From Candidatus Sumerlaeaceae bacterium (GTDB lineage Bacteria; Sumerlaeota; Sumerlaeia; Sumerlaeales; Sumerlaeaceae): a stretch of 64,000 bases of DNA. Shown piece by piece: positions 30,614-39,774 of the stretch. Below the pieces are notes generated by a model. It did no database searches. It was not told the DNA's origin and saw only the letters and a program-made list of their open reading frames with translations. The stretch spans positions 1 through 64,000 of the forward strand of contig JBPCLP010000030.1 of assembly GCA_051003195.1 (NCBI GenBank), read 5' to 3'. Within the stretch, counting starts at the first letter, position 1. Every line of letters starts with the position of its first letter. The position numbers and the translations under genes are program-made.

Positions 30614-32383
30614 CTAGGGAATCTGCACACTGACGGCGCCTGTTACCTGCGTGTTGTTCGAGCTGTGCACCAGTGCAATCAGGAACTTACCAGCTGCGCT
30701 CTCGGCCCTGGTGAGCTTGAACTTCAACTTACGCACCTTGGGTGGCTTCCCGGCTGCGACCGGCTTCACGACACCCGTAAGCCGCGTCGCAATCAGTGCA
30801 TCTTCAGGACCCAACACCTGGTCATCCGACAGGTAGACGTCAACTGTGTCCCAGGCACTATTTGCAGTCACTCCCCGGTTGCTCAGGTAAAGCTTGGCCT
30901 GCAGCTTGTATACACTCCCCGTGCTGGTAGAGCCGATAACCTGCCGTGGCGAATCCCTGAGTCCGCTACCCCAGACAGCCACAATGTTCTGCTGGCTTGG
31001 TTCGGGTACGGGAACTGGAGCAACATACGATAGCAGGCACCCCGTGGCGTCTACGGTTGAGTGCATCACAGTTATGCAGCGCGGATGAAAGTTAAGGGTG
31101 ACGTTCCCGTTTACATGACAGTAGCTCATGATGGTTCCGGTGACGGAGCTGATCACAGGACACATATTACATCCGGCTGCGTCGTTCGTGCAGCAGTCGA
31201 TAGGCGGATCGTAACAATGGGTGTGCGGCGAGCCGAACGTGTGCCCGAATTCATGCGCCACGACATAGACGTCCCACTGGTAAGCACTCACCGCAAAGTC
31301 CGCGAGCGCATTCAGGTTACTGACGCCGCAGTCGACGCCTGGCTTGCAGAGTCCCTCCAAATACGCCACGCCTCCAAGCCCAGCCGCAAAACTCAGCAGG
31401 TGCGAGGCATTACGACTGACCCCACTGCGGTTCGCGGTGTTATAGGCTTTGTAGTTTTCGAGCTGGGACCTTGTGCTGATAACGCCAAATGGATCAGGCG
31501 CAGTCCATATCACCAACTCCTTAATTGTCAAAGCAACGTTGATGTCGCGCTGGTAAATGGTCGAAACCGCGCCGATGAGATTTCCAACGTAGTCGGTGGC
31601 ATTTGTCTGGTTTGAGCCGAACTTTTGCGTGAACATCGGATAGCTCACATCCAGTAATAGCTGGGCTTCGCGTGTGGCTGTGGCCGCGCTCACTTCCGTA
31701 GCTGCGATCGACGGCTCCGCCAGCGTACTCGATGTTTGCCCGGAATCCGGCAACGCCTCCTCCGCGCACTGAAAACCCGCAAGTTCAGCAGGGTCCGCTT
31801 TGGAAAGGAGGTGCCGACGAACACTTCGGCTTGTGTACTCGGGCGCCATCAGCGACATACCCTTGCGATCGGCGACAGTCATCCATACCTCGCCATCAGG
31901 AGTTACTGCAATAAACGCTACCTGCTCTCGATTGGCAGTGCTGTGACCCCTGTAACGCACGGAATTCGAAACACCAACGGGTTCCCGAGTCTTCCCATCG
32001 AACGTGTACACTTGCGCACCGGGCCGAAACACTTCGACCCGTTCCAGGTCAAAATCCGCGACCGAACCATCGGCAAGGAGCATTGACTTTAATTCAACTT
32101 TGGCAGACCCTTCACGCATTGCTGCGACCGCTCCTGGATCAGGCTCGACGATCGTTTTGCCGGCGTATTGGCCGAGCTGACGTATAAGTGGCCCGACCGG
32201 CTTGGCAAAAGACCCCGGAGCGATGCTTAAGAAAAGCATAATCAGTAAGGCACGATAGGCGGATAAACCACGGTGGTCTCTACAGCGGCCTGTACTCATT
32301 GCCATCACATCCTGCGTGGAAGCTTCAACCCAGACATAGCGCAACTGGCGTTCCAAACCGGGCCGTTTAAGCGCGTTTGTCAC
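30614..32383 (-). CDS. Secreted zinc metallopeptidase (reprolysin/M12-like) with C-terminal beta domain
   Basis: Metzincin motif HEFGHTFGSPHTH, Met-turn GTIMSYCH, GGVAY; start uncertain (possibly ATG 32299). Confidence 0.88.
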   Translation of the reverse strand: MTNALKRPGLERQLRYVWVEASTQDVMAMSTGRCRDHRGLSAYRALLIMLFLSIAPGSFAKPVGPLIRQLGQYAGKTIVEPDPGAVAAMREGSAKVELKSMLLADGSVADFDLERVEVFRPGAQVYTFDGKTREPVGVSNSVRYRGHSTANREQVAFIAVTPDGEVWMTVADRKGMSLMAPEYTSRSVRRHLLSKADPAELAGFQCAEEALPDSGQTSSTLAEPSIAATEVSAATATREAQLLLDVSYPMFTQKFGSNQTNATDYVGNLIGAVSTIYQRDINVALTIKELVIWTAPDPFGVISTRSQLENYKAYNTANRSGVSRNASHLLSFAAGLGGVAYLEGLCKPGVDCGVSNLNALADFAVSAYQWDVYVVAHEFGHTFGSPHTHCYDPPIDCCTNDAAGCNMCPVISSVTGTIMSYCHVNGNVTLNFHPRCITVMHSTVDATGCLLSYVAPVPVPEPSQQNIVAVWGSGLRDSPRQVIGSTSTGSVYKLQAKLYLSNRGVTANSAWDTVDVYLSDDQVLGPEDALIATRLTGVVKPVAAGKPPKVRKLKFKLTRAESAAGKFLIALVHSSNNTQVTGAVSVQIP

Positions 32384-32427
32384 GTATCGTGGATGACTAT
32401 GAGTACATGGGTTATAACACCGAAAAG

Positions 32428-33168
32428 TCAGGAGGTAATGCTGGTAGCGAGCGTTTGAATAGCATCCGAAAAGATTGGCAATTTGTCCACTGCGTCGCGG
32501 GGTCTGCTCATTGCCTGTAAGTCACCGCAATACGGAACTGTTCCAAAGTCGATGAGGCCACTAATCTCCGTTGCGAGTTTCGGCCCGGTCGTCTCGGCAA
32601 CGCTCGGAGAACCCCGTGAATGTCGCACGAATACCAGCCCGTGCAGCACGCAGCCGCGACTTCGCAGGTGCTCAATTGTAAGCAATGTATGGTTAACTGT
32701 CCCGAGGTCAGTTCGAGCGACAACCAGCACAGGCAGCCCGACTTCCGCTGCAAAATCGCTTAGTAATGTGTTGTCTGTGAGCGGAACCGCCGCACCACCC
32801 ACACCTTCCACCACCGTAAACTCATTGGCGGTGATCCGCTCTCTTACTTTGTGTAACAGGTGATCGATATCAATTGGTGTGGCGGCCAGCCGGCCAGCGG
32901 TTAAAGGCGCAACCGGGACAGCCATGCGGCAGGGGCTGACTTGACGCAGATCAGTTTCCCCGCTCGCGGCGGCAAGCAGTTTGGCATCATCGTCCTGCCA
33001 TGCACTGTCTTCGTTCACTCCCGTCGCCACCGGTTTTATCGCCCCTACAGCAATACCACGCAGGCGCAGCGCACTGAGAAGTGATGCCGACACGATTGTT
33101 TTGCCTACCCCTGTACCGGTGCCCGTTACAAATAGACCCGGGCCGATTAACTTGCGTTGGGCGGCCAT
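32428..33168 (-). CDS. bioD: Dethiobiotin synthase
   Basis: FVTGTGTGVGKT, KPVATG, VEGVGG, LGTVNHTLLT. Confidence 0.95.
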   Translation of the reverse strand: MAAQRKLIGPGLFVTGTGTGVGKTIVSASLLSALRLRGIAVGAIKPVATGVNEDSAWQDDDAKLLAAASGETDLRQVSPCRMAVPVAPLTAGRLAATPIDIDHLLHKVRERITANEFTVVEGVGGAAVPLTDNTLLSDFAAEVGLPVLVVARTDLGTVNHTLLTIEHLRSRGCVLHGLVFVRHSRGSPSVAETTGPKLATEISGLIDFGTVPYCGDLQAMSRPRDAVDKLPIFSDAIQTLATSITS

Positions 33169-33467
33169 GGCACTTTAGGTCCAAGCCACTCCGCAAAGCC
33201 GCCGGCCAGAGAACGCGCCGAGTATCCCTGCTGTTGCAGCCAGATCGCAACATCATAGCTCCGCACGCCATGTTCGCAATAGCACACCACGGGGCGATCC
33301 GCAGGGATTTCCGCAACTCGTTCCAGCAATTCCGACATTGGAATGCATACAGCCTGTGGCAATACACCGCGAGACAGCTCAAACGTCTCGCGAACATCCA
33401 GCAGGCTAATCGCGTTTCCACCTGATTCCAGGTGGGCCATCAACTCTCCTGAATGGATATCAACCAC
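33147..33467 (-). CDS. Rhodanese-like sulfurtransferase
   Basis: LLDVRE, active-site CEHGVRS, LAGGFAEW. Confidence 0.9.
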   Translation of the reverse strand: MVDIHSGELMAHLESGGNAISLLDVRETFELSRGVLPQAVCIPMSELLERVAEIPADRPVVCYCEHGVRSYDVAIWLQQQGYSARSLAGGFAEWLGPKVPWPPNAS

Positions 33468-33474
33468 GACGGAC

Positions 33475-33777
33475 TTATGACCCCGTGGTTGGAATTTCGT
33501 TAATGCGTTTTGCCAGGTCCATGTCGTTTTGTGTCAGGCCGCCGGCGCTGTGGGTGGATACGGCCACTCGCACTTTGTTCCAACCATGCAACAGCATATC
33601 CGGATGGTGATCCATCGTCTCGGCCTGTTCGCCAATCGCATTGACGAGCGCGAGCGCCGCGGCGAAGTCCTTTACCTGGAAATGTTTTTGAATCTCTTTG
33701 TCAGATTGTGACCACCCCGGGAGCGATCCGAGCGCTGACGTAATCTGTTCCCGCGTTAGAAGCTGTGGATTTGCCAT
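33475..33777 (-). CDS. Pterin-4-alpha-carbinolamine dehydratase
   Basis: LPGW, DHHPD, THSAGGLTQND; ATG 33777. Confidence 0.92.
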   Translation of the reverse strand: MANPQLLTREQITSALGSLPGWSQSDKEIQKHFQVKDFAAALALVNAIGEQAETMDHHPDMLLHGWNKVRVAVSTHSAGGLTQNDMDLAKRINEIPTTGS

Positions 33778-33956
33778 AGTACTTTTGGGGTACGCCGCTG
33801 CCGTAGAGCGCACAACCTTTTTCTGCTCCGTACTACCGTCCTGGCGGCGGATCGACCTTTTTCCTATCAGATCGAAACGGAGCAAAACCTGATGTCAGTG
33901 ACGCTTTGTGCTTGCCTCCATAGCTCGCAAATACAATCCTCCGTGAGCTCACCGTT

Positions 33957-35393
33957 ATGAACCTGTACGAACGCTTCTGGAAAAGCATAGACGAACTTCG
34001 GGAAAGCCCGAATGGCGCGCCCCCTGCGGTAGAGATACAACTGACTCCGGTTCACCCGCCCGACGGTGTGCAAAGCGAAGCCGCCAAGGACCTCACCGCT
34101 ATTGTTGCCCGCGCGCCACGACGGTTTCCACCCTTTGTCGCGACCCAGCCAAACGTCTCAACCCGGCCGTTCTGCCTCATCTATACGGTCGCCCGCCCGG
34201 AATTGCTCCCGCAATTTCACGAGCTGTTTGAGCACTACGTCGATAAGAACGCGTTTGTAGCCGAGGCGCTGCTCCGTTTGCGCCCGCATTGTGATATTCC
34301 CTACATACTCTTTCTTGGCGACAAATCGTTCTTCCTTTACGATGCGCTGCTCGAAGAACTGTTGCGCTGGGGCAGTGATTATGCCGCTCTTGAGGAAGCG
34401 TTGGTGCAGCCTCTTATTTCCGGCGACAGCATCTCCAAATTTTGGGATTCCATTCAGCGCAAAACGTGTACGCAGCGATCCGAGGAGTTCGGCCGGTGGC
34501 TCGATTTGTGGAAGGTCGGAATCGGCGCGCGTACCAGCGCAACACCAGCATTCATGCAGTTGCTCATGCAGAAGGTCGTTCTGCTGTTCATGTACGATTT
34601 GCATTTCGGGCTGCAGGAAGCAGAGCTGGCGCTTCGCGAAAACTTTCTCGACCAGCGGCCAGTCGCAAAACGCCTTCGTCCTACACAGATGGAACCGGTG
34701 CCATTTGACGGAGTTGCCTGGTTGCACCAGGCATCCGGCGAAGTCGTAAACCTGTACGAGATCGATTTCCTGCGCTGGACGAATGCGGAGAGCCATTTCT
34801 TTGCACTGATGGGTGCAGAGACGCGCCTTCAGTTCTCTCAGTTCATCCTCGAACTTTTTCTGCTCAGCACGGCCAAGCTTCAGTCCGCGGTTCAGGCGGA
34901 TGCGTTCTCCGATGCGAACTCAAAGCTGAAGTTGTGGAAGTTCTCGGTGACCGAAACCATCAACATCCGGAGGCGTTTGCAGGCAGATGATGTCAACGTC
35001 TACGAGCCGATCTGGATCGACCTGGAGGAAAGCGGTATTGGCTGGGCCCTGCACGTAATCCAGGAAACGCTGGAGTTTTGGCGGGAGCGCTGCACACTGT
35101 TCGAAAAGCAACTCGCGGAGCAGCGCCAGCTGAAGGTTCAGTTCGATATGTTCCAGCAGCCCGACCTTGAACACGCACGTGTGCCCGTAACGTCCGATAT
35201 TTTCGACGCCGCATTCACGACGAGCGTTCGGATATTCTACGACTTTCCCGCAGAGAGGGCGACACTCGAATATCTGGTCATACTGAAGGCTTTCGAATTT
35301 TGTCGCCAGTGGGGAAGCCCGCTGCGTCCTCTCGGACAGATCGGCGAAATGTTTATACAAAAAGAACGACTGGTTTCTCTACAGGGCACATGA
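33957..35393 (+). CDS. Hypothetical protein, possibly a degenerate type IIG restriction-modification-like fold
   Basis: 478-aa ORF with coding-like composition; only weak resemblance by eye (see findings). Confidence 0.7.
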   Translation: MNLYERFWKSIDELRESPNGAPPAVEIQLTPVHPPDGVQSEAAKDLTAIVARAPRRFPPFVATQPNVSTRPFCLIYTVARPELLPQFHELFEHYVDKNAFVAEALLRLRPHCDIPYILFLGDKSFFLYDALLEELLRWGSDYAALEEALVQPLISGDSISKFWDSIQRKTCTQRSEEFGRWLDLWKVGIGARTSATPAFMQLLMQKVVLLFMYDLHFGLQEAELALRENFLDQRPVAKRLRPTQMEPVPFDGVAWLHQASGEVVNLYEIDFLRWTNAESHFFALMGAETRLQFSQFILELFLLSTAKLQSAVQADAFSDANSKLKLWKFSVTETINIRRRLQADDVNVYEPIWIDLEESGIGWALHVIQETLEFWRERCTLFEKQLAEQRQLKVQFDMFQQPDLEHARVPVTSDIFDAAFTTSVRIFYDFPAERATLEYLVILKAFEFCRQWGSPLRPLGQIGEMFIQKERLVSLQGT

Positions 35394-35469
35394 CTCAAAG
35401 CGGAACGCGGAGTACGAAATACAGTATCGGAAGTGATAAGCGTTTGCTGGCGCCGTCTGAAGTTTCTGT

Positions 35470-36717
35470 TTGATGGCTGTCACAGCCCTCACCTGCACGA
35501 TCTGCGACAAGAACTACGAGGCCGATTATCGTCTAACGTGTCCAGATTGTGGTCCCGCTGATGGGATACTTGACGTAGGATACGACTACGATTTCGCGCG
35601 AAAGCACATGACGCGTGAGAGTTTGGCCACACGCGCTTTGGACCATTGGCGCTATCGCGAGCTGTTGCCCATCCAGGATGGACAGCGGCTTCCAACACTG
35701 CACGTCGGTTACACGCCTGTGTACCGTGCACAGCCGCTGGAGAAGCATTACGGTATTGCAGAGCTCTACCTGAAAGACGATGGCCGTAATCCTACAGCGT
35801 CGTTCAAAGACCGCGCCAGCAGCATGGGAGTCGCCAAGGCCCTGGAATTCGGCTACAACACGGTTGCCTGCGCCAGCACCGGGAACGCTGCCAGCTCACT
35901 GGCTGGCATGGCGGCGAATGTCGGATTGCGAAGCTTCATCTTTGTGCCCCAGCGTGCGCCTCAACCCAAGGTTACACAGCTTCTGGTGTTTGGTGCGAAT
36001 GTCATCCGAGTGCAGGGCACGTACGATCAGGCCTATGATCTCTGCATGCAGGCGGCGGCACATTACGACTGGTACCAGCGCAACTGTGCGGTGAACTCCT
36101 ACCTGGTTGAAGGCAAGAAGACGTGCGGTCTCGAAATCGCCGAGCAGATGGCGGATAACCTGCCGGACTGGGTCGTGATGTCGGTCGGCGACGGCTGCTC
36201 TATTGCGGGCGTGTGGAAAGGGCTGCGCGAAATGCATGAACTGGGGCTCATCGACCGCGTCCCGCGAATGCTGGGCGTCCAGGCCGAGGGTTCCCCGGCC
36301 GTCAAACGCCAGTTCCAGAGGAGCGGCGAGCCTCCTCTGGGAGTTTATCCAGCAGAAACCATTGCTGATTCCATCTGCGTGGGTGTTCCGCGCAACTGGC
36401 GCAAGGCCGTACGCGCAGTCCGGGAGTCCCATGGTGAGTACGTCACTGTTACGGACCATGAAATCATGCAGGCTTTGCGCACTGTTCCCCAGCTGACGGG
36501 CGTATTTGCAGAGCCTGCCGCGTCGGCAAGTGTGGCGGGCGTGACCGTGGCACGCGAGCTGGGCGTTATTTCGCCCTCGGACAAAGTTCTGGTGGTCGTC
36601 ACAGGTAACGGACTGAAAGATATTAAGAGCGCGAGTGAAGCCGTCGGGCAACCTTTCGATATCGAGCCGAATATGGAAGCACTTGCGGCTGTTGTCGAAG
36701 GTGGCCGAGTACGCTAG
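35470..36717 (+). CDS. thrC: Threonine synthase
   Basis: N-terminal CxxC..CxxC, PLP lysine motif RNPTASFKDR, ASTGNAA, EGKKT, VTGNGLKD. Confidence 0.93.
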   Translation: MMAVTALTCTICDKNYEADYRLTCPDCGPADGILDVGYDYDFARKHMTRESLATRALDHWRYRELLPIQDGQRLPTLHVGYTPVYRAQPLEKHYGIAELYLKDDGRNPTASFKDRASSMGVAKALEFGYNTVACASTGNAASSLAGMAANVGLRSFIFVPQRAPQPKVTQLLVFGANVIRVQGTYDQAYDLCMQAAAHYDWYQRNCAVNSYLVEGKKTCGLEIAEQMADNLPDWVVMSVGDGCSIAGVWKGLREMHELGLIDRVPRMLGVQAEGSPAVKRQFQRSGEPPLGVYPAETIADSICVGVPRNWRKAVRAVRESHGEYVTVTDHEIMQALRTVPQLTGVFAEPAASASVAGVTVARELGVISPSDKVLVVVTGNGLKDIKSASEAVGQPFDIEPNMEALAAVVEGGRVR

Positions 36718-36740
36718 GGTGGTCTATTGTTAATTCGTAT

Positions 36741-36813
36741 TCGGTTCTGTGTGCCGAACTGAGCTCATCTTCCGCGCTCAAACTGGATAGGAACTTCTGA
36801 TTCGGCACACTAG
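36741..36813 (+). other. Repeated ~73-nt structured element (copy 1)
   Basis: TCGGTTCTGTGTGCCGAA...GGAACT..GATTCGGCACACT; stem GTGTGCCGAA/TTCGGCACAC; second copy at 60064-60136. Confidence 0.65.
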
Positions 36814-36825
36814 GGGAGTGGCACA

Positions 36826-37578
36826 ATGAGCACGCAATTTGACTATGTTTTGTTTGACGCCGGCGGCACGCTGCTTGGAACCAATACCGACTCGGAACAC
36901 TGGTACGAACAGTTCTTCGTCGACGCATGCGCCGAGCAGGGCTGTCACGTCTCCGTAGCACAGGTTCACGAGGTGCTTCGTTTTGCTGCGCGTTCGCGCC
37001 AGTTCGACACCCGTTGCTCCAGCGATGCGCAAACGCGCGGGTTCTGGCACCACATCTATGCGACCGCTTTCGCCGATTTGCTGGGCCCTAAGGGCTGTGG
37101 TCATCCGCCCGCAGTTATCGACCATCTTGCCGCGGAGTACATTGACCGTTTCGAAGCCGGCGAGTTCATTCGACTTTTCCCAGACACCCTGGATGCACTG
37201 AATGCGCTCAAGGCGTCAAACCTTCGCATGGGCATCGTCTCTAACTTTGGGACTTACCTTACAAAGTTTCTGGAACGCCTTGGCATCCATGAGTACTTCG
37301 ATTTTGTGCTGATTTCCGCGGCAGAAGGCTGCGAAAAACCGCACCCCGACATCTTCGACAAAGCACTGGCCCGATGTAACGGATTTGCCCCGGGCCGCAT
37401 TCTTTTTGTAGGTGACCATCCGGAAGAAGATTACGTACCAGCTGAGCGGCACAGCATGACTCCCGTGCTGATCGACCGGCACAATCGCCACGCAGACAAA
37501 CCTGCGCTCACGCGAATCCGCCGTCTCACACAGATTCCGCAAATCGTCACCGAAGGTCTCACCGCCGCTGTCGCTTGA
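36826..37578 (+). CDS. HAD-IA family hydrolase
   Basis: FDAGGTL, IVSNF, EKPHPDIF, FVGD. Confidence 0.92.
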   Translation: MSTQFDYVLFDAGGTLLGTNTDSEHWYEQFFVDACAEQGCHVSVAQVHEVLRFAARSRQFDTRCSSDAQTRGFWHHIYATAFADLLGPKGCGHPPAVIDHLAAEYIDRFEAGEFIRLFPDTLDALNALKASNLRMGIVSNFGTYLTKFLERLGIHEYFDFVLISAAEGCEKPHPDIFDKALARCNGFAPGRILFVGDHPEEDYVPAERHSMTPVLIDRHNRHADKPALTRIRRLTQIPQIVTEGLTAAVA

Positions 37579-37663
37579 AGGGTTCAGACGTTCGGGGCTG
37601 GCAATGTGCATCTTCTAAATTCTCACTTGCGCATCGCTAACTCTCCACTTGAATAGCAGCCCC

Positions 37664-38380
37664 ATGGACGAGAGGCTCATCGAAACGATTGTCGACCAGG
37701 TGACCCAGCGATTGCTTGCCGATCGCTCGTCATCTTCCATTCAAACCGGTTCCATGCCGTCCGGCGCGAGCGTAACCGATGACATCAAAGCTGGGCGCGT
37801 TGTGGTAAACATTTCAGCCCGCCATATCCATCTAACCAACGAACACGTGGAAGCGCTGTTTGGTGGCGGCGCGAAGCTCAAGCCGATGAAACCGCTGATT
37901 CAGACGGGCGAATTCGCCAGCGAGCAGCAGGTGCTGCTGGTAGGCCCGACGGGCAAAACGCTCGGTCCCGTGCGGGTGCTTGGCCCCACCCGCAAGGCCA
38001 GCCAGGTGGAGATCTCCCTCACCGATTGTTACGCACTCGGACTGAAGACGCTTCCGCCTATACGTCCTTCCGGCGACCACACCGGCACGTTCGGAATTAC
38101 GATGGTGGGACCGGCGGGGGCCGTTACGCTGACCTCAGGTCTCATCCGTGCCAATCGTCACATTCACCTGCACACCAGCCAGGGTGCTGCCATGGGTCTC
38201 AAGAATAACGACCCAGTGGATGTGCGCATCGAAGGTGAGCGACCTGCGATATTTCTGGGCTGCCAGGCGCGCGTCCACGATATGTTTCTCGCCGAGATGC
38301 ACATCGATACCGACGACGGCAATGCGGTCGGCATCAAGTCGGGTGCGCTCGCGCAGATCCTCCTGCCCAACCGCCGCTAA
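37664..38380 (+). CDS. pduL: Phosphate propanoyltransferase PduL with N-terminal encapsulation-peptide-like helix
   Basis: ISARHIHL, VRVLGP, QVEISLTD, RHIHL, EMHIDTDDGNA; N-terminus MDERLIETIVDQVTQRL. Confidence 0.92.
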   Translation: MDERLIETIVDQVTQRLLADRSSSSIQTGSMPSGASVTDDIKAGRVVVNISARHIHLTNEHVEALFGGGAKLKPMKPLIQTGEFASEQQVLLVGPTGKTLGPVRVLGPTRKASQVEISLTDCYALGLKTLPPIRPSGDHTGTFGITMVGPAGAVTLTSGLIRANRHIHLHTSQGAAMGLKNNDPVDVRIEGERPAIFLGCQARVHDMFLAEMHIDTDDGNAVGIKSGALAQILLPNRR

Positions 38381-38463
38381 AACAACATTTGCATTACGTC
38401 GTGTGGCCGGTTTGATCGATAACGTGCGGTGCGCTTGCGTCCCAACACCATCAAGCCGGAGGA

Positions 38464-39774
38464 GTGTCTTTGCGCCTGGAGTATCTGACTGCGGGGGAAA
38501 GCCACGGGCCGCAATTGACCGCGATTCTCCGGGGTATTCCCGCCGGGCTTAACATCACTCCAGACGATCTTGCGACCGACATGCAGCGGCGCCAGAAGGG
38601 CTATGGCCGCGGACCCCGCATGAACATCGAGAAGGACGCGGCGCTAATCCGTGGCGGCATCCGTAAAGGCGTGACGCTCGGTTCGCCTATCGCACTCGTT
38701 GTGCAAAACAGCGACTACAAAAACTGGGAAAACCTGATGGCACCGGAACCCGGGGAAACGCCGCAGCAGAAGCTGGTGACACGACCGCGACCGGGCCACG
38801 CAGATCTGGTTGGAGCCGTAAAATTTAATCATGCCGATGCTCGAAATGTCCTTGAGCGATCCAGCGCCAGAGAGACCGCCGCGCGGGTTGGAGTTGGCGC
38901 GGTGTGCCGGCGATTCCTCGCTGAATTTGGGATCTCGATCTACAGCCACGTGGTGAATCTTGGCGGAATAGCCGTGGATGCCACCGGTCTGTCCCACGAC
39001 GAGATACGCACGCGTTCGGAGGCCAGCGAACTCCGTGTCGCGCGGCCTGAAGTCGAACAGCAGATGCGCGAGCACATCGACCGCGCAAAAAAAGAAGGCG
39101 ACACGGTCGGCGGAATCTATGAAGTCGTTGCGCTGGGCGTACCCATGGGCCTCGGCAGCACGATGAACTGGGACGAGAAGATCGACGGACGCATCGCACA
39201 GGGCATTCTGAGTTGCCAGGCCATCAAGGGCGTCAGCATCGGGATGGGCTTCGACGTCGCAGCGACGCCCGGATCACTGGTGCACGATCCCATTGGTTTC
39301 AGCGAAGGCCTTGCAGGCGGAGGAGCACACAAGCCCATGGTGCCGCAGGTGGATGATGAGCCCGGTTCTCCCGAGCATCATCCCGGCAGCAAGCCTTTGC
39401 AGAAGCGCGACGCTGCTAAGATCGGGCCCGCGGCGGGACGGGGACAGTCTGGTGGATTTTATCACCTTTCCAACAATGCGGGTGGCATCGAAGGCGGCAT
39501 GACGAACGGCGAGCCGATCATCGTCCGTGGCGCCATGAAACCGATCGCCACCCTGATGAAGCCGCTGCAGTCCGTCGATCTCCAGACGAAGGAGACATTC
39601 GACGCCGTGCGCGAGCGCAGCGACGTTTGCGCCGTGCCGGCGGCTGGCGTCGTGGGCGAGGCGATTGTCGCGTTCATTATCGCGCAGGCGTTTCTTGAAA
39701 AGTTCGGCGGCGACAGCATGGCCGAAGTCCGCCGCAACTACGACTCCTATGTCCAGTACATGAGGGAGTACTGA
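38464..39774 (+). CDS. aroC: Chorismate synthase
   Basis: TAGESHG, RPGHADL, ERSSARETAARV, GGIEGGMTNG, MKPIATL, RSDVC. Confidence 0.97.
   Translation: MSLRLEYLTAGESHGPQLTAILRGIPAGLNITPDDLATDMQRRQKGYGRGPRMNIEKDAALIRGGIRKGVTLGSPIALVVQNSDYKNWENLMAPEPGETPQQKLVTRPRPGHADLVGAVKFNHADARNVLERSSARETAARVGVGAVCRRFLAEFGISIYSHVVNLGGIAVDATGLSHDEIRTRSEASELRVARPEVEQQMREHIDRAKKEGDTVGGIYEVVALGVPMGLGSTMNWDEKIDGRIAQGILSCQAIKGVSIGMGFDVAATPGSLVHDPIGFSEGLAGGGAHKPMVPQVDDEPGSPEHHPGSKPLQKRDAAKIGPAAGRGQSGGFYHLSNNAGGIEGGMTNGEPIIVRGAMKPIATLMKPLQSVDLQTKETFDAVRERSDVCAVPAAGVVGEAIVAFIIAQAFLEKFGGDSMAEVRRNYDSYVQYMREY

Noticed and set aside
30990..31030. PEP-CTERM signal in the M12 peptidase (PVPVPEPS)
   Set aside because: It is an internal Pro-rich linker followed by a ~125-aa domain, with no TM helix after it
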